Below are positions 39,890 to 55,100 of a DNA stretch of 64,000 bases, in pieces. Within the stretch, counting starts at the first letter, position 1, and each line of letters opens with the position of its first letter. Position numbers and translations under genes: made by a program. This stretch comes from Malacoraja senta (lineage: Eukaryota): contig JAXLNO010000338.1 of NCBI GenBank assembly GCA_038087875.1, positions 1 through 64,000 of the forward strand, given 5' to 3'. The notes beneath the pieces were generated by a model. The model worked only from the letters and a program-made list of their open reading frames with translations, did not search any database and was not told where the DNA came from.

Positions 39890-41047
39890 CGCTTTATTTC
39901 CGGCAAGGTCGCCACAAATCCGGCCAGTGCGCCATAATTCCGGCAAGTTCGCCATAAATCAGGTAAAGTCGCCACAAATCCGGCAAGGTCGCCATTTTTC
40001 CGGCAAGGTCGCCATAAATCCCGCAAGGTCGCCACAAATCCGGAAAGGTCGACATATTTCCAGCAAGGTGTCCATAAATCAGGGAAGGTCGCCACAAATC
40101 CGGCAAGGTCGCCATATTTCAGGCGAGGTCGTCATAAATCCCGCAAGGTCGCCATAAATCCGGCAAGGTCGACATATTTCCAGCAAGGTCTCCATAAATC
40201 CGGCATGGTCGCCACAAATCCGGCAAGGTCGCAATATTTCCGGCGAGGTCGTCATAAATCCGGCAAGGTCGCCACAAATCAGGCAAGGTCGCCATATTCC
40301 CGGCAAGGTCGCCAGAAATCCGGCAAGGTCGCCACAAATCTGGCGAGGTAGCCATATTTCCGGCAAGGTCGTCACAAATCCGGCAAGGTCGCCATAAATC
40401 CGGCGAGGTCGCATATTTCCGGCAAGGTCGCCATAAATCCGGTAAGGTCGCCACAAATACGGCTAGGTCGCCTTATTTCCGGCAAGGTCGCCACAAATCC
40501 GGCCAGGGCGCCATAATTCCGGCAAGTTCGCCATAAATCAGGTAAAGTCGCCACAAATCCGGCAAGGTCGCCATTTTTCCGGCAAGGTCGCCATAAATCC
40601 CGCAAGGTCGCCACAAATCCGGAAAGGTCGACATATTTCCAGCAAGGTGTCCATAAATCAGGGAAGGTCGCCACAAATCCGGCAAGGTCGCCATATTTCA
40701 GGCGAGGTCGTCATAAATCCCGCAAGGTCGCCATAAATCCGGCAAGGTCGACATATTTCCAGCAAGGTCTCCATAAATCCGGCATGGTCGCCACAAATCC
40801 GGCAAGGTCGCAATATTTCCGGCGAGGTCGTCATAAATCCGGCAAGGTCGCCACAAATCAGGCAAGGTCGCCATATTCCCGGCAAGGTCGCCAGAAATCC
40901 GGCAAGGTCGCCACAAATCTGGCGAGGTAGCCATATTTCCGGCAAGGTCGTCACAAATCCGGCAAGGTCGCCATAAATCCGGCGAGGTCGCATATTTCCG
41001 GCAAGGTCGCCATAAATCCGGTAAGGTCGCCACAAATACGGCTAGGT
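39890..41047. repeat. Tandem duplication, 579-bp (29-monomer) period
   Basis: ORF pairs 39894/40473 (one residue apart) and 40079/40658 (identical) are offset by 579. Confidence 0.85.
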
Positions 41048-43140
41048 CGCCATATTTCCGGCAAGGTCGCCATAATTCCGACAAGGTCGCCACAAATCCG
41101 GCGTGGTCGCCATATTTCCGGCAAGGTCGCCACAAATCCGGCAAGGTCGCTATAAATCCGGCGAGGTCGCCATATTTCCGACAAGGTCGCCACAAATCCG
41201 GCGAAGTCGCCATATCTCCGGCAAGGTCGCCACAAATCCGGCAAGGTCGCTATAAATCCGGCGAGGACGCCATATTTCCGGCAAGGTCGCCATATATCCG
41301 GCAAGGTCGCCATAAACCCGGCGAGGTCGCCATATTCCCGGCAAAGTCGCCACAAATCCGGCAAGGTCGCCATAAATCCGGCAAGGTCGCCATGTTTCCG
41401 GCAAGTTCGCCACAATTCCGGCAAGGTCGCCATATTTCCGGCAAGGTCGCCGTAAATCCGGCAAGGTCGCAACAAATCCGGCGAGGACGCCATATTTCCG
41501 GCAAGGTCGCCATAAATCCGGCAAGGTCGCCAAAAATCCGGAGAGGTCGCCATATTTCCGGCAAGGTCGCCACAAATCCGGCAAGGTCGCCATAAATCCG
41601 GCGAGGTCGCCATATGTCCGTCAAGGTCGCCATAAATCCGGCAAGGTAGCCACAAATCAGGCAAGGTCGCCTTATTTCCGGCAAGGTCGCCACAAATCCG
41701 GCCAAGGCGGCATAATTCCGGCAAGGTCGCCATAAATCCCGCAAGGTCGCCACAAGTCCGGCAAGGTCGACATATTTCCAGCAAGGTCTCCATAAATCAG
41801 GCAAGGTCGCCACAAATCCGGCAAGGTCGCTATATTTCCGGCGAGGTCGTCATGAATCCGGCAAGGTCGCCACAAATCCGGCAAGGACGCCATATTCCCG
41901 GCAAGGTCGCCATAAATCCCGCGAGGTGGCCATATTTCCGGCAAGGTCGCCATATTTCCGGCAAGTTCGCCACAAATTCGGCGAGGTCGCCATATTTCCG
42001 GCAAGGTCGCCATATACCCGGCAAGGTCGACATAAATCCGGCGAGGTCGCCATATTTCCGGCAAGGTCGCCATAAATCCGGCAATGTCGCAACAAATCCG
42101 TCAAGGTCGCCATATTTCCGGCAAGGTCGCCACAAATCCGGCATGGTCGCTATAAATCCGGCGAGGTCGCCATATTTCCGACAAGGTCGCCACAAATCCG
42201 GCGAGGTCGCCATATCTCCGGCAAGTTCGCCACAAATCCGGCAAGGTCGCTATAAAGCCGGCGAGGACGCCATATTTCCGGCAAGGTCGCCATAAATCCG
42301 GAAGGTCGCCAAAAATCCGGAGAAGTCGCCATATTTCCGGCAAGGTCGCCACAAATCCGGCAAGGTCGCCATAAATCCGGCGAGGTCGCCATAAATCCGG
42401 CGAGGTCGCCATAAATCCGGCGAGGACGCCATATTTCCGGCAAGGTCGCCATATATCCGGCGAGGTCGCCATTTATCCGGCATGGTCGCAATAAATCCGA
42501 CGAGGTCGCGATATTTCCGGCAAGGTCGCCACGAACCCGGCAAGGTCGCCATAAATCCGGCAAGGTCGCAGTAAATCCAGCAAGGTCGCCATATTTCGGG
42601 CAAGTTCGCCACAAATTCGGCGAGGTCGCCATATTTCCGGCAAGGTCGCCATATATCCGGCAAGGGCGCCATAAATCCGGCGAGGTCGCCATATTCCCGG
42701 CAAAGTCACCACAAATCCGGCAAGGTCGCCATAAATCCGGCAAGGTCGCCATGTTTCCGGCAAGTTCGCCACAATTCCGGCAAGGTCGCCATATTTCCGG
42801 CAAGGTCGCCGTAAATCCGGCAAGGTCGCAACAAATCCGGCGAGGACGCCATATTTCCGGCAAGGTCGCCACAAATCCGGCAAGGTCGCCATAAATCCGG
42901 CGAGGTCGCCATTTGTCCGTCAAGGTCGCCATAAATCCGGCAAGGTAACCACAAATCAGGCAAGGTCTCCTTATTTCCGGCAAGGTCGCCACAAATCCGG
43001 CCAGGGCGGCATAAATTCGGCAAGGTCGCCATAAATCAAGCAAAGTCGCCACAAATCCGGCAAGGTCGCCATTTTTGCGGCAAGGTCGCCATAAATCCAG
43101 CAAGGTCGCCACAAACCCGGCAAGGTCGACATATTTCCAG

Positions 43141-44790
43141 CAAGGTCGCCATAAATCAGGCAAGGTCGCCACAAATCCGGCAAGGTCGCCATATTTCCGG
43201 CGAGGTCGTCATAAATCCCGCAAGGTCGCCACAAATCCGGCAAGGTCGTCATATTCCCGGCAAGGTCGCCATAAATCCCGCGAGGTGGCCATTGTTCCGG
43301 CAAGGTCGCCACAAATCCGGCAAGGTCGCCATAAATCCGGCGAGGTCGCCATATGTCCGTCAAGGTCGCCATAAATACGGCAAGGTATCCACAAATCAGG
43401 CAAGGTCGCCTTATTTCCGGCAAGGTAGCCACAAATCAGGCAAGGTCTCCTTATTTCCGGCAAGGTCGCCATAAATCCGGCCAGGGCGGCATAATTCCGG
43501 CAAGGTCGCCATAAATCAGGCAAAGTCGCCACAAATCCGGCAAGGTCGCCATTTTTCCGGCAAGGTCGCCATAAATCCCGCAAGGTCGCCACAAATCCGG
43601 CAAGGTCGACATATTTCCAGCAAAGTCTCCATAAATCAGGCAAGGTCGCCACAAATCCGGCAAGGTCGCCATATTTCCGGCGAGGTCGTCATAAATACCG
43701 CAAGGTCGCCATAAATCCGGCAAGGTCAACATATTTCCAGCAAGGTCTCCATAAATCCGGCATGGTCGCCACAAATCCGGCAAAGTCGCAATATTTCCGG
43801 CGAGGTCGTCATGAATCCGGCAAGGTCGCCACAAATCCGGCAAGGTCGCCATTTTTCCGGCAAGGTCGCCATAAATCCCGCAAGGTCGCCACAAATCCGG
43901 CAAGGTCGACATATTTCCAGCAAGGTCTCCATAAATCAGGCAAGGTCGCCACAAATCCGGCAAGGTCGCCATATTTCCGGCGAGGTCGTCATAAATCCCG
44001 CAAGGTCGCCACAAATCCGGCAAGGTCGTCATATTCCCGGCAAGGTCGCCATAAATCCCGCGAGGTGGCCATTGTTCCGGCAAGGTCGCCACAAATCCGG
44101 CAAGGTCGCCATAAATCCGGCGAGGTCGCCATATGTCCGTCAAGGTCGCCATAAATACGGCAAGGTATCCACAAATCAGGCAAGGTCGCCTTATTTCCGG
44201 CAAGGTAGCCACAAATCAGGCAAGGTCTCCTTATTTCCGGCAAGGTCGCCACAAATCCGGCCAGGGCGGCATAATTCCGGCAAGGTCGCCATAAATCAGG
44301 CAAAGTCGCCACAAATCCGGCAAGGTCGCCATTTTTCCGGCAAGGTCGCCATAAATCCCGCAAGGTCGCCACAAATCCGGCAAGGTCGACATATTTCCAG
44401 CAAAGTCTCCATAAATCAGGCAAGGTCGCCACAAATCCGGCAAGGTCGCCATATTTCCGGCGAGGTCGTCATAAATACCGCAAGGTCGCCATAAATCCGG
44501 CAAGGTCAACATATTTCCAGCAAGGTCTCCATAAATCCGGCATGGTCGCCACAAATCCGGCAAAGTCGCAATATTTCCGGCGAGGTCGTCATGAATCCGG
44601 CAAGGTCGCCACAAATCCGGCAAGGTCGCCATTTTTCCGGCAAGGTCGCCATAAATCCCGCAAGGTCGCCACAAATCCGGCAAGGTCGACATATTTCCAG
44701 CAAGGTCTCCATAAATCAGGCAAGGTCGCCACAAATCCGGCAAGGTCGCCATATTTCCGGCGAGGTCGTCATAAATCCCGCAAGGTCGCC
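43141..44790. repeat. Tandem duplication, 780-bp (39-monomer) period
   Basis: Rare monomer CAAGGTATCC occurs at 43381 and 44161. ORF pairs 43209/43989 and 43726/44506 are offset by 780. Confidence 0.88.
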
Positions 44791-47014
44791 ATAAATCCGG
44801 CAAGGTCGACATATTTCCAGCAAGGTCTCCATAAATCCGGCATGGTCGCCACAAATCCGGCAAGGTCGCAATATTTCCGGCGAGGTCGTCATGAATCCGG
44901 CAAGGTCGCCACAAATCCGGCAAGGTCGCCATATTCCCGGCAAGGTCGCCATAAATCCCGTGAGGTGGCCATATTTCCGGCAAGGTCGCCATGTTTCCGG
45001 CAAGTTCGCCACAATTCCGGCAAGGTCGCCATATTTCCGGCAAGGTCGCCGTAAATCCGGCAAGGTCGCAACAAATCCGGCGAGGACGCCATATTTCCGG
45101 CAAGGTCGCCATAAATCCGGCAAGGTCGCCAAAAATCCGGAGAAGTCGCCATATTTCCGGCAAGGTCGCCACAAATCCGGCAAGGTCGCCATAAATCCGG
45201 CGAGGTCGCCATAAATCCGGCGAGGTCGCCATAAATCCGGCGAGGCCGCCATATTTCCGGCAAGGTCGCCATATATCCGGCGAGGTCGCCATTTATCCGG
45301 CAAGGTCGCAATAAATCCGACGAGGTCGCTATATTTCCGGCAAGGTCGCCACAAACCCGGCAAGGTCGCCATAAATCCGGCAACGTCGCAGTAAATCCAG
45401 CAAGGTCGCCATATTTCCGGTAAGGTCGCCATAAACCTGGCGAGGTCGCCATCTTTCCGGCAAGGTCGCCATAAATCCGGCGAGGTGGCCATATTTCCGG
45501 CAAGGTCGCCATATTTCGGGCAAGTTCGCCACAAATTCGGCGAGGTCGCCATATTTCCGACAAGGTCGCCATATATCCGGCAAGGGCGCCATAAATCCGG
45601 CGAGGTCGCCATATTCCCGGCAAAGTCACCACAAATCCGGCAATTCGCCATAAATCCGGCAAGGTCCCCATGTTTCCGGCAAGTTCGCCACAATTCCGGC
45701 AAGGTCGCCATATTTCCGGCAAGGTCGCCGTAAATCCGGCAAGGTCGCAACAAATCCGGCGAGGACGCCATATTTCCGGCAAGGTCGCCATAAATCCGGC
45801 AAGGTCGCCAAAAATCCGGAGAGGTCGCCATATTTCCGGCAAGGTCGCCACAAATCCGGCAAGGTCGCCATAAATCCGGCGAGGTCGCCATTTGTCCGTC
45901 AAGGTCGCCATAAATCCGGCAAGGTAGCCACAAATCAGGCAAGGTCTCCTTATTTCCGGCAAGGTCGCCACAAATCCGGCCAGGGCGGCATAAATACGGC
46001 AAGGTCGCCATAAATCAGGCAAAGTCGCCACAAATCCGGCAAGGTCGCCGTTTTTGCGGCAAGGTCGCCATAAATCCCACAAGGTCGCCACAAATCCGGC
46101 AAGGTCGACATATTTCCAGCAAGGTCGCCATAAATCAGGCAAGGTCGCCACAAATCCGGCAAGGTCGCCATATTTCCGGCGAGGTCGTCATAAATCCCGC
46201 AAGGTCGCCATAAATCCGGCAAGGTCGACATATTTCCAGCAAGGTCTCCATAAATCCGGCATGGTCGCCACAAATCCGGCAAGGTCGCAATATTTCCGGC
46301 GAGGTCGTCATGAATCCGGCAAGGTCGCCACAAATCCGGCAAGGTCGTCATATTCCCGGCAACGTCGCCATAAATCCCGCGAGGTGGCCATATTTCCGGC
46401 AAGGTCGCCACAAATCCGGCAAGGTCGCCATAAATCAGGCGAGGTCGCCATATGTCCGTCAAGGTCGCCATAAATACGGCAAGGTAGCCACAAATCAGGC
46501 AAGGTCGCCTTATTTCCGGCAAGGTAGCCACAAATCCGGCAAGGTCTCCTTATTTCCGGCAAGGTCGCCACAAATCCGGCCAGGGCGGCATAATTCCGGC
46601 AAGGTCGCCATAAATCAGGCAAAGTCGCCACAAATCCGGCAAGGTCGCCATTTTTCCGGCAAGGTCGCCATAAATCCCGCAAGGTCGCCACAAATCCGGC
46701 AAGGTCGACATATTTCCAGCAAAGTCTCCATAAATCAGGCAAGGTCGCCACAAATCCGGCAAGGTCGCCATATTTACGGCGAGGTCGTCATAAATCCCGC
46801 AAGGTCGCCATAAATCCGGCAAGGTCGACATATTTCCAGCAAGGTCTCCATAAATCCGGCATGGTCGCCACAAATCCGGCAAGGTCGCAATATTTCCGGC
46901 GAGGTCGTCATGAATCCGGCAAGGTCGCCACAAATCCGGCAAGGTCGCCATTTTTCCGGCAAGGTCGCCATAAATCCCGCAAGGTCACCACAAATCCGGC
47001 AAGGTCGACATATT

Positions 47015-49120
47015 TCCAGCAAGGTCTCCATAAATCAGGCAAGGTCGCCACAAATCCGGCAAGGTCGCCATATTTCCGGCGAGGTCGTCATAATCCCGCA
47101 AGGTCGCCATAAATCCGGCAAGGTCGAAATATTTCCAGCAAGGTCTCCATAAATCCGGCATGGTCGCCACAAATCCGGCAAGGTCGCAATATTTCCGGCG
47201 AGGTCGTCATGAATCCGGCAAAGTCGCCACAAATCCGGCAAGGTCGCCATATTCCCGGCAAGGTCGCCATAAATCCCGCGAGGTGGCCATATTTCCGGCA
47301 AGGTCGCCATATTTCCGGCAAGTTCGCCACAAATTCGGCGAGGTCGCCATATTTCCGGCAAGGTCGCCATATATCCGGCAAGGTCGACATAATTCCGGCG
47401 AGGACGCCATATTCCCGGCAAAGTCGCCACAAATCCGGCAAGGTCGCCATAAATCCGGCAAGGTCGCCATATTTCCGGCAAGTTCGCCACAAATCCGGCA
47501 AGGTCGCCATATTTCCGGCAAGGCGCCGTAAATCCGGCAAGGTCGCAACAAATCCGGCGAGGACGCCATATTTCCGGCAAGGTCGGCATAAATCCGGCAA
47601 GGTAGCCACAAATCAGGCATGGTCGCCTTATTTCCGGCAAGGTCGCCGTAAATCCGGCAAGGTCGCAACAAATCCGGCGAGGACGCCATATTTCCGGCAA
47701 GGTCGCCATAAATCCGGCGAGGTCGCTATAAATCCTGCGAGTTCGCCATATTTCCGTCAAGGTCGCCATAAATGCGGCGAAGTCGCCATATTTCCGGCAA
47801 GGTCGCCACAAATCCGGCGATGTTGCCATATTTCCGGCAAGGACGCCATAAATCCGGCGAGGTCGCCATAATTCCGGCAAGGTCGCCATATATCCGGCAA
47901 GGTCGCCATAAATCCGGCGAGGTCGCCATATTTCCGGCAAAGTCGCCACAAATCCGGCAAGGTCGCCATAAATCCGGCAAGGTCGCCAGAAATCCGGCAA
48001 GGTCGCCATATTTCCGGCAAGGTCGCCACATTTCCGGCAATGTCGCCATATTTCCGACAAGGTCACCATTAATCCGCCAAGGTCGCCACAAATGCGGCAA
48101 GGTCGCCATATTCCCAGCAAGGTCTCCATAAATCAGGCAAGGTCGCCACAAATCCGGCAAGGTCGCCATATTTCCGGCGAGGTCGTCATAAATCCCGCAA
48201 GGTCGCCATAAATCCGGCAAGGTCGACATATTTCCAGCAAGGTCTCCATAAATCCGGCATGGTCGCCACAAATCCGGCAAGGTCGCAATATTTCCGGCGA
48301 GGTCGTCATGAATCCGGCAAAGTTGCCACAAATCCGGCAAGGTCGCCATATTCCCGGCAAGGTCGCCATAAATCCCGCGAGGTGGCCATATTTCCGGCAA
48401 GGTCGCCATATTTCCGGCAAGTTCGCCACAAATTCGGCGAGGTCGCCATATTTCCGGCAAGGTCGCCATATATCCGGCAAGGTCGACATAATTCCGGCGC
48501 GGTAGCCATATTCCCGGCAAAGTCGCCACAAATCCGGCAAGGTCGCGATAAATCCGGCAAGGTCGCCATATTTCCGGCAAGTTCGCCACAAATCCTGCAA
48601 GGTCGCCATATTTCCGGCAAGGCGCCGTAAATCCGGCAAGGTCGCAACAAATCCGGCGAGGACGCCATATTTGCGGCAAGGTCGCCATAAATCCGGCAAG
48701 GTAGCCACAAATCAGGCAAGGTCGCCTTATTTCCGGCAAGGTCGCCGTAAATCCGGCAAGGTCGCAACAAATCCGGCGAGGACGCCATATTTCCGGCAAG
48801 GTCGCCATAAATCCGGCGAGGTCGCCATAAATCCTGCGAGGTCGCCATATTTCCGGCAAGGTCGCCATAAATGCGGCGAAGTCGCCATATTTCCGGCAAG
48901 GTCGCCACAAATCCGGCGATGTTGCCATATTTCCGGCAAGGACGCCATAAATCCGGCGAGGTCGCCATAATTCCGGCAAGGTCGCCATATATCCGGCAAG
49001 GTCGCCATAAATCCGGCGAGGTCGCCATATTTCCGGCAAAGTCGCCACAAATCCGGCAAGGTCGCCATAAATCCGGCAAGGTCGCCAGAAATCCGGCAAG
49101 GTCGCCATATTTCCGGCAAG
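47015..49120. repeat. Tandem duplication, ~1099-bp (55-monomer) period
   Basis: ORF pairs 47160/48259 and 47772/48871 are offset by 1099. The AAGGCGCCGTAAAT deletion marker is shared. Confidence 0.82.
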
Positions 49121-52100
49121 GTCCCCATACATCCTGCAAGATCGCCACAAATCCGGCAAGGTCGCCATATTTCCGACATGGTTGCCATAAATCCGGCAAG
49201 GTCGCCACAAATCTGTCAAGGTCGCCATATTTCCGGCAAGGTCGCCCTAAATCCGGCAATGTCGCAACAAATCCGGCAAGGTCGCCATATTTCCGGCAAA
49301 TTCGCCATATTTCCGGCAAGGTCGCCATAAATCCGGCGAGGTCGCCATTAATCCGGCGAGGCCGCCATATTTCCGGCAAGGTCGCCATATATCCGGCGAG
49401 GTCGCCATTTATCCGGCAAGGTCGCAATAAATCCGGCGAGGTCGCCATATTTCCGGCAAGGTCGCCACAAACCCGGCAAGGTCGCCATAAATCCGGCAAG
49501 GTCGCCGTAAATCCAGCAAGGTCGCCATAATTCCGGCAAGGTCGCCATAACCCTGGCGAGGTCGCCATCTTTCCGGCAAGGTCGCCATAAATCCGGCGAG
49601 GTGGCCATATTTCCGGCAAGGTCCCCATACATCCTGCAAGATCGCCACAAATCCGGCAAGGTCGCCATATTTCCGACATGGTCGCCATAAATCCGGCAAG
49701 GTCGCCACAAATCTGTCAAGGTCGCCATTAATCCGGCGAGGCCGCCATATTTCCGGCAAGGTCGCCATATATCCGGCGAGGTCGCCATTTATCCGGCAAG
49801 GTCGCAATAAATCCGGCGAGGTCGCCATATTTCCGGCAAGGTCGCCACAAACCCGGCAAGGTCGCCATAAATCCGGCAAGGTCGCCGTAAATCCAGCAAG
49901 GTCGCCATAATTCCGGCAAGGTCGCCATAACCCTGGCGAGGTCGCCATCTTTCCGGCAAGGTCGCCATAAATCCGGCGAGGTGGCCATATTTCCGGCAAG
50001 GTCGCCATATTTCCGGCAAGTTCGCCACAAATTCGGCGAGGTCGCCATATTTCCGTCAAGGTCGCCATATATCCGGCAAGGTCGCCATAAATCCGGCCAG
50101 GTCGCCATATTCCCGGCAAAGTCGCCACAAATCCGGCAAGGTCGCCATAAATCCGGCAAGGTCGCCATATTTCCGGCAAGTTCGCCACAAATCCGCCAAG
50201 GTCGCCATATTTCCGGCAAGGTCGCCGTAAATCCGGCAAGGTCGCAACAAATCCGGCGAGGACGCAATATTTCCGGCAAGGTCGCCACAAATCCGGCAAG
50301 TTCGCCATAAATCCGGCGAGGTCGCCATATGTCCGTCAAGGTCGCCATAAATCCGGCAAGGTAGCCACAAATCAGGCAAGGTCGCCTTATTTCCGGCAAG
50401 GTCGCCGTAAATCCGGCAAGGTCGCAAGAAATCCGACGAGGACGCCATATTTCCGGCAAGGTCGCCATAAATCCGGCAAGGTCGCCAAAAATCCGGAGAG
50501 GTCGCCATATTTCCGGCAAGGTCGCCACAAATCCGGCAAGCTCGCCATAAATCCGGCGAGGTCGCCATATGTCCGTCAAGTTCGCCATAAATCCGGCAAG
50601 GTAGCCACAAATCAGGCAAGGTCGCCTTATTTCCGGCAAGGTCGCCACAAATCCGGCCAGGGCGCCATAATTCCGGCAAGGTCGCCATGAATCAGGCAAA
50701 ATCGCCACAAATCCGGCAAGGTCGCCATTTTTCCGGCAAGGTCGCCATAAATCCCGCAAGGTCGCCATAAATCCGGCAATGTCGACATATTTCCAGCAAG
50801 GTCTCCATAAATCAGGCATGGTCGCCACAAATCCGGCAAGGTCGCCATATTCCCGGCAAGGTCGCCATAAACCTGGCGAGGTCGCCATCTTTCCGGCAAG
50901 GTCGCCATAAATCCGGCAAGGTCCCCATGTTTCCGGCAAGTTCGCCACAATTCCGGCAAGGTCGCCATATTTCCGGCAAGGTGGCCGTAAATCCGGCAAG
51001 GTCGCAACAAATCCGGCGAGGACGCCATATTTCCGGCAAGGTCGCCATAAATCCGGCAAGGTCGCCAAAAATCCGGAGAGGTCGCCATATTTCCGGCAAG
51101 GTCGCCACAAATCCGGCAAGGTCGCCATAAATCCGGCGAGGTCGCCATTTGTCCGTCAAGGTCGCCATAAATCCGGCAAGGTAGCCACAAATCAGGCAAG
51201 GTCTCCTTATTTCCGGCAAGGTCGCCACAAATCCGGCCAGGGCGGCATAAATACGGCAAGGTCGCCATAAATCAGGCAAAGTCGCCACAAATCCGGCAAG
51301 GTCGCCATTTTTGCGGCAAGGTCGCCATAAATCCCGCAAGGTCGCCACAAATCCGGCAAGTTCGACATATTTCCAGCAAGGTCGCCATAAATCAGGCAAG
51401 GTCGCCACAAATCCGGCAAGGTCGCCATATTTACGGCGAGGTCGTCATAAATCCCGCAAGGTCGCCATAAATCCGGCAAGGTCGACATATTTCCAGCAAG
51501 GTCTCCATGAATCCGGCAAGGTCGCCACAAATCCGGCAAGGTCGTCATATTCCCGGCAAGGTCGCCATAAATCCCGCGAGGTGGCCATATTTCCGGCAAG
51601 GTCGCCACAAATCCGGCAAGGTCGCCATAAATCCGGCGAGGTCGCCATATGTCCGTCAAGTTCGCCATAAATACGGCAAGGTAGCCACAAATCAGGCAAG
51701 GTCGCCTTATTTCCGGCAAGGTAGCCACAAATCAGGCAAGGTCTCCTTATTTCCGGCAAGGTCGCCACAAATCCGGCCAGGGCGGCATAATTCCGGCAAG
51801 GTCGCCATAAATCAGGCAAAGTCGCCACAAATCCGGCAAGGTCGCCATATTTCCGGCGAGGTCGTCATAAATCCCGCAAGGTCGCCATAAATCCGGCAAG
51901 GTCGACATATTTCCAGCAAGGTCTCCATAAATCCGGCATGGTCGCCACAAATCCGGCAAGGTCGCAATATTTCCGGCGAGGTCGTCATGAATCCGGCAAG
52001 GTCGCCACAAATCCGGCAAGGTCGCCATATTCCCGGCAAGGTCGCCATAAATCCCGCGAGGTGGCCATATTTCCGGCAAGGTCGCCATATTTCCGGCAAG

Positions 52101-55100
52101 TTCGCCACAAATTCGGCGAGGTCGCCATATTTCCGGCAAGGTCGCCATATATCCGGCAAGGTCGACATAATTCCGGCGAGGTCGCCATATTCCCGGCAAA
52201 GTCGCCACAAATCCTGCAAGGTCGCCATAAATCCGGCAAGGTCGCCATATTTCCGGCAAATTCGCCACAAATCCGGCAAGGTCGCCATATTTCCGGCAAG
52301 GCGCCGTAAATCCGGCAAGGTCGCAACAAATCCGGCGAGGACGCCATATTTCCGGCAAGGTCGCCATAAATCCGGCAAGGTCGCCAAAAATCCTGAGAGG
52401 ACGCCATATTTCCGGAAAGGTCGTCCTAAATCCGGCGAGGCCGCCATAAATCCGACGTGGTCGCCATATTTCCGGCAAGGTCGCCATAAATCCGGCGAGG
52501 TCGCCATAAATCCTGCGAGGTCGCCATATTTCCGGCAAGGTCGCCATAAATGCGGCGAGGTCGCCATATTTCCGGCAAGGTCGCCACAAATCCGGCGATG
52601 TTGCCATATTTCCGGCAAGGACGCCATAAATCCGGCGAGGTCGCCATAATACCGGCAAGGTCGCCATATATCCGGCAAGGTCGCCATAAATCCGGCGAGG
52701 TCGCCATATTTCCGGCAAAGTCGCCACAAATCCGGCAAGGTCGCCATAAATCCGGCAAGGTCGCCAGAAATACGGCAAGGTCGCCATATTTCCGGCAAGG
52801 TCCCCATACATCCTGCAAGATCGCCACAAATCCGGCAAGGTCGCCATATTTCCGACATGGTCACCATAAATCCGGCAAGGTCGCCACAAATCTGGCAAGG
52901 TCGCCATATTTCCGGCAAGGTCGCCCTAAATCCGGCAATGTCGCAACAAATCCGGCAAGGTCGCCATATTTCCGGCAAAGTCGGCATATTTCCGGCAAGG
53001 TCGCCATAAATCCGGCGAGGTCGCCATTAATCCGGCGAGGCCGCCATATTTCCGGCAAGGTCGCCATATATCCGGCGAGGTCGCCATTTATCCGGCAAGG
53101 TCGCAATAAATCCGGCGAGGTCGCCATATTTCCGGCAAGGTCGCCACAAACCCGGCAAGGTCGCCATAAATCCGGCAAGGTCGCCGTAAATCCAGCAAGG
53201 TCGCCATAATTCCGGCAAGGTCGCCATAACCCTGGCGAGGACGCCATCTTTCCGGCAAGGTCGCCATAAATCCGGCGAGGAGGCCATATTTCCGGCAAGG
53301 TCGCCATATTTCCGGCAGGTTCGCCACAAATTCGGCGAGGTCGCCATATTTCCGTCAAGGTCGCCATATATCCGGCAAGGTCGCCATAAATCCGGCGAGG
53401 TCGCCATATTCCCGGCAAAGTCGCCACAAATACGGCAAGGCCGCCATAAATCCGGCAAGGTCGCCATATTTCCGGCAAGTTCGCCACAAATCCGGCAAGG
53501 TCGCCATATTTCCGGCAAGGTCGCCGTAAATCCGGCAAGGTCGCAACAAATCCGGCAAGGACGCCATATTTCCGGCAAGGTCGCCACAAATCCGGCGTTC
53601 AGCATAAATCCGGCGAGGTTGACATATGTCCGTCAAGGTCGCCATAAATCCGGCAAGGTAGCCACAAATCAGGCAAGGTCGCCTTATTTCCGGCAAGGTC
53701 GCCGTAAATCGGGCAAGGTCGCAACAAATCCGGCGAGGATGCCATATTTCCGGCAAGGTCGCCATAAATTCGGCGAGGTCGCCATAATTCCGGCAAGGAC
53801 GCCATATATCCGGCAAGGTCGCCATAAATCCGGCGAGGTCGCCATATTTCCGGCAAAGTCGCCACAAATCCGGCAAGGTGGCCATAAATCCGGCAAGGTC
53901 GCCAGAAATCCGGCAAGGTCGCCATATTTCCGGCAAGGTCCCCATACATCCTGCAAGATCGCCACAAATCCGGCAAGGTCGCCATATTTCCGACATGGTC
54001 GCCATAAATCCGGCAAGGTGGCCACAAATCTGGCAAGGTCGCCATATTTCCGGCAAGGTCGCCCTAAATCCGGCAATGTCGCAAAAAAAGCGGCAAGGTC
54101 GCCATATTTCCGGCAAAGTCGCCATATTTCCGGCAAGGTCGCCATAAATCCGGCGAGGTCGCCATTAATCCGGCGAGGCCGCCATATTTCCGGCAAGGTC
54201 GCCATATATCCGGCGAGGTCGCCATTTATCCGGCAAGGTCGCAATAAATCCGGCGAGGTCGCCATATTTCCGGCAAGGTCGCCACAAACCCGGCAAGGTC
54301 GCCATAAATCCGGCAAGGTCGCCGTAAATCCAGCAAGGTCGCCATAATTCCGGCAAGGTCGCATTAACCCTGGCAAGGTCGCCATCTTTCCGGCAAGGTC
54401 GCCATAAATCCGGCGAGGTGGCCATATTTCCGGCAAGGTCGCCATATTTCCGGCAAGTTCGCCACAAATTCGGCGAGGTCGCCATATTTCCGTCAAGGTC
54501 GCCATATATCCGGCAAGGTCGCCATAAATCCAGCGAGGTCGCCATATTCCCGGCAAAGTCGCCACAAATCCGGCAAGGTCGCCATAAATCCGGCAAGGTC
54601 GCCATATTTCCGGCAAGTTCGCCACAAATCCGGCAAGGTCGCCATATGTCCGTCAAGGTCGCCATTAATCCGGCAAGGTAGCCACAAATCAGGCAAGGTC
54701 GCCTTATTTCCGGCAAGGTCGCCACAAATCCGGCCAGGGCGCCATAATTCCGGCAAGGTCGCCATAAATCAGGCAAAGTCGCCACAAATCCGGCAAGGTC
54801 GCCATTTTTCCGGCAAGGTCGCCATAAATCCCGCAAGGTCGCCACAAATCCGGCAAGGTCGACATATTTCCAGCAAGGTCTCCATAAATCAGGCAAGGTC
54901 GCCACAAACCCGGCAAGGTCGCCATATTTCCGGCGAGGTCGTCATAAATCCCGCAAGGTCGCCATAAATCCGGCAATGTCGACATATTTCCAGCAAGGTC
55001 TCCATAAATCCGGCATGGTCGCCACAAATCCGGCAAGGTCGCAATATTTCCGGCGAGGTCGTCATAGATCCGGCAAGGTCGCCACAAATCCGGCAAGGTC

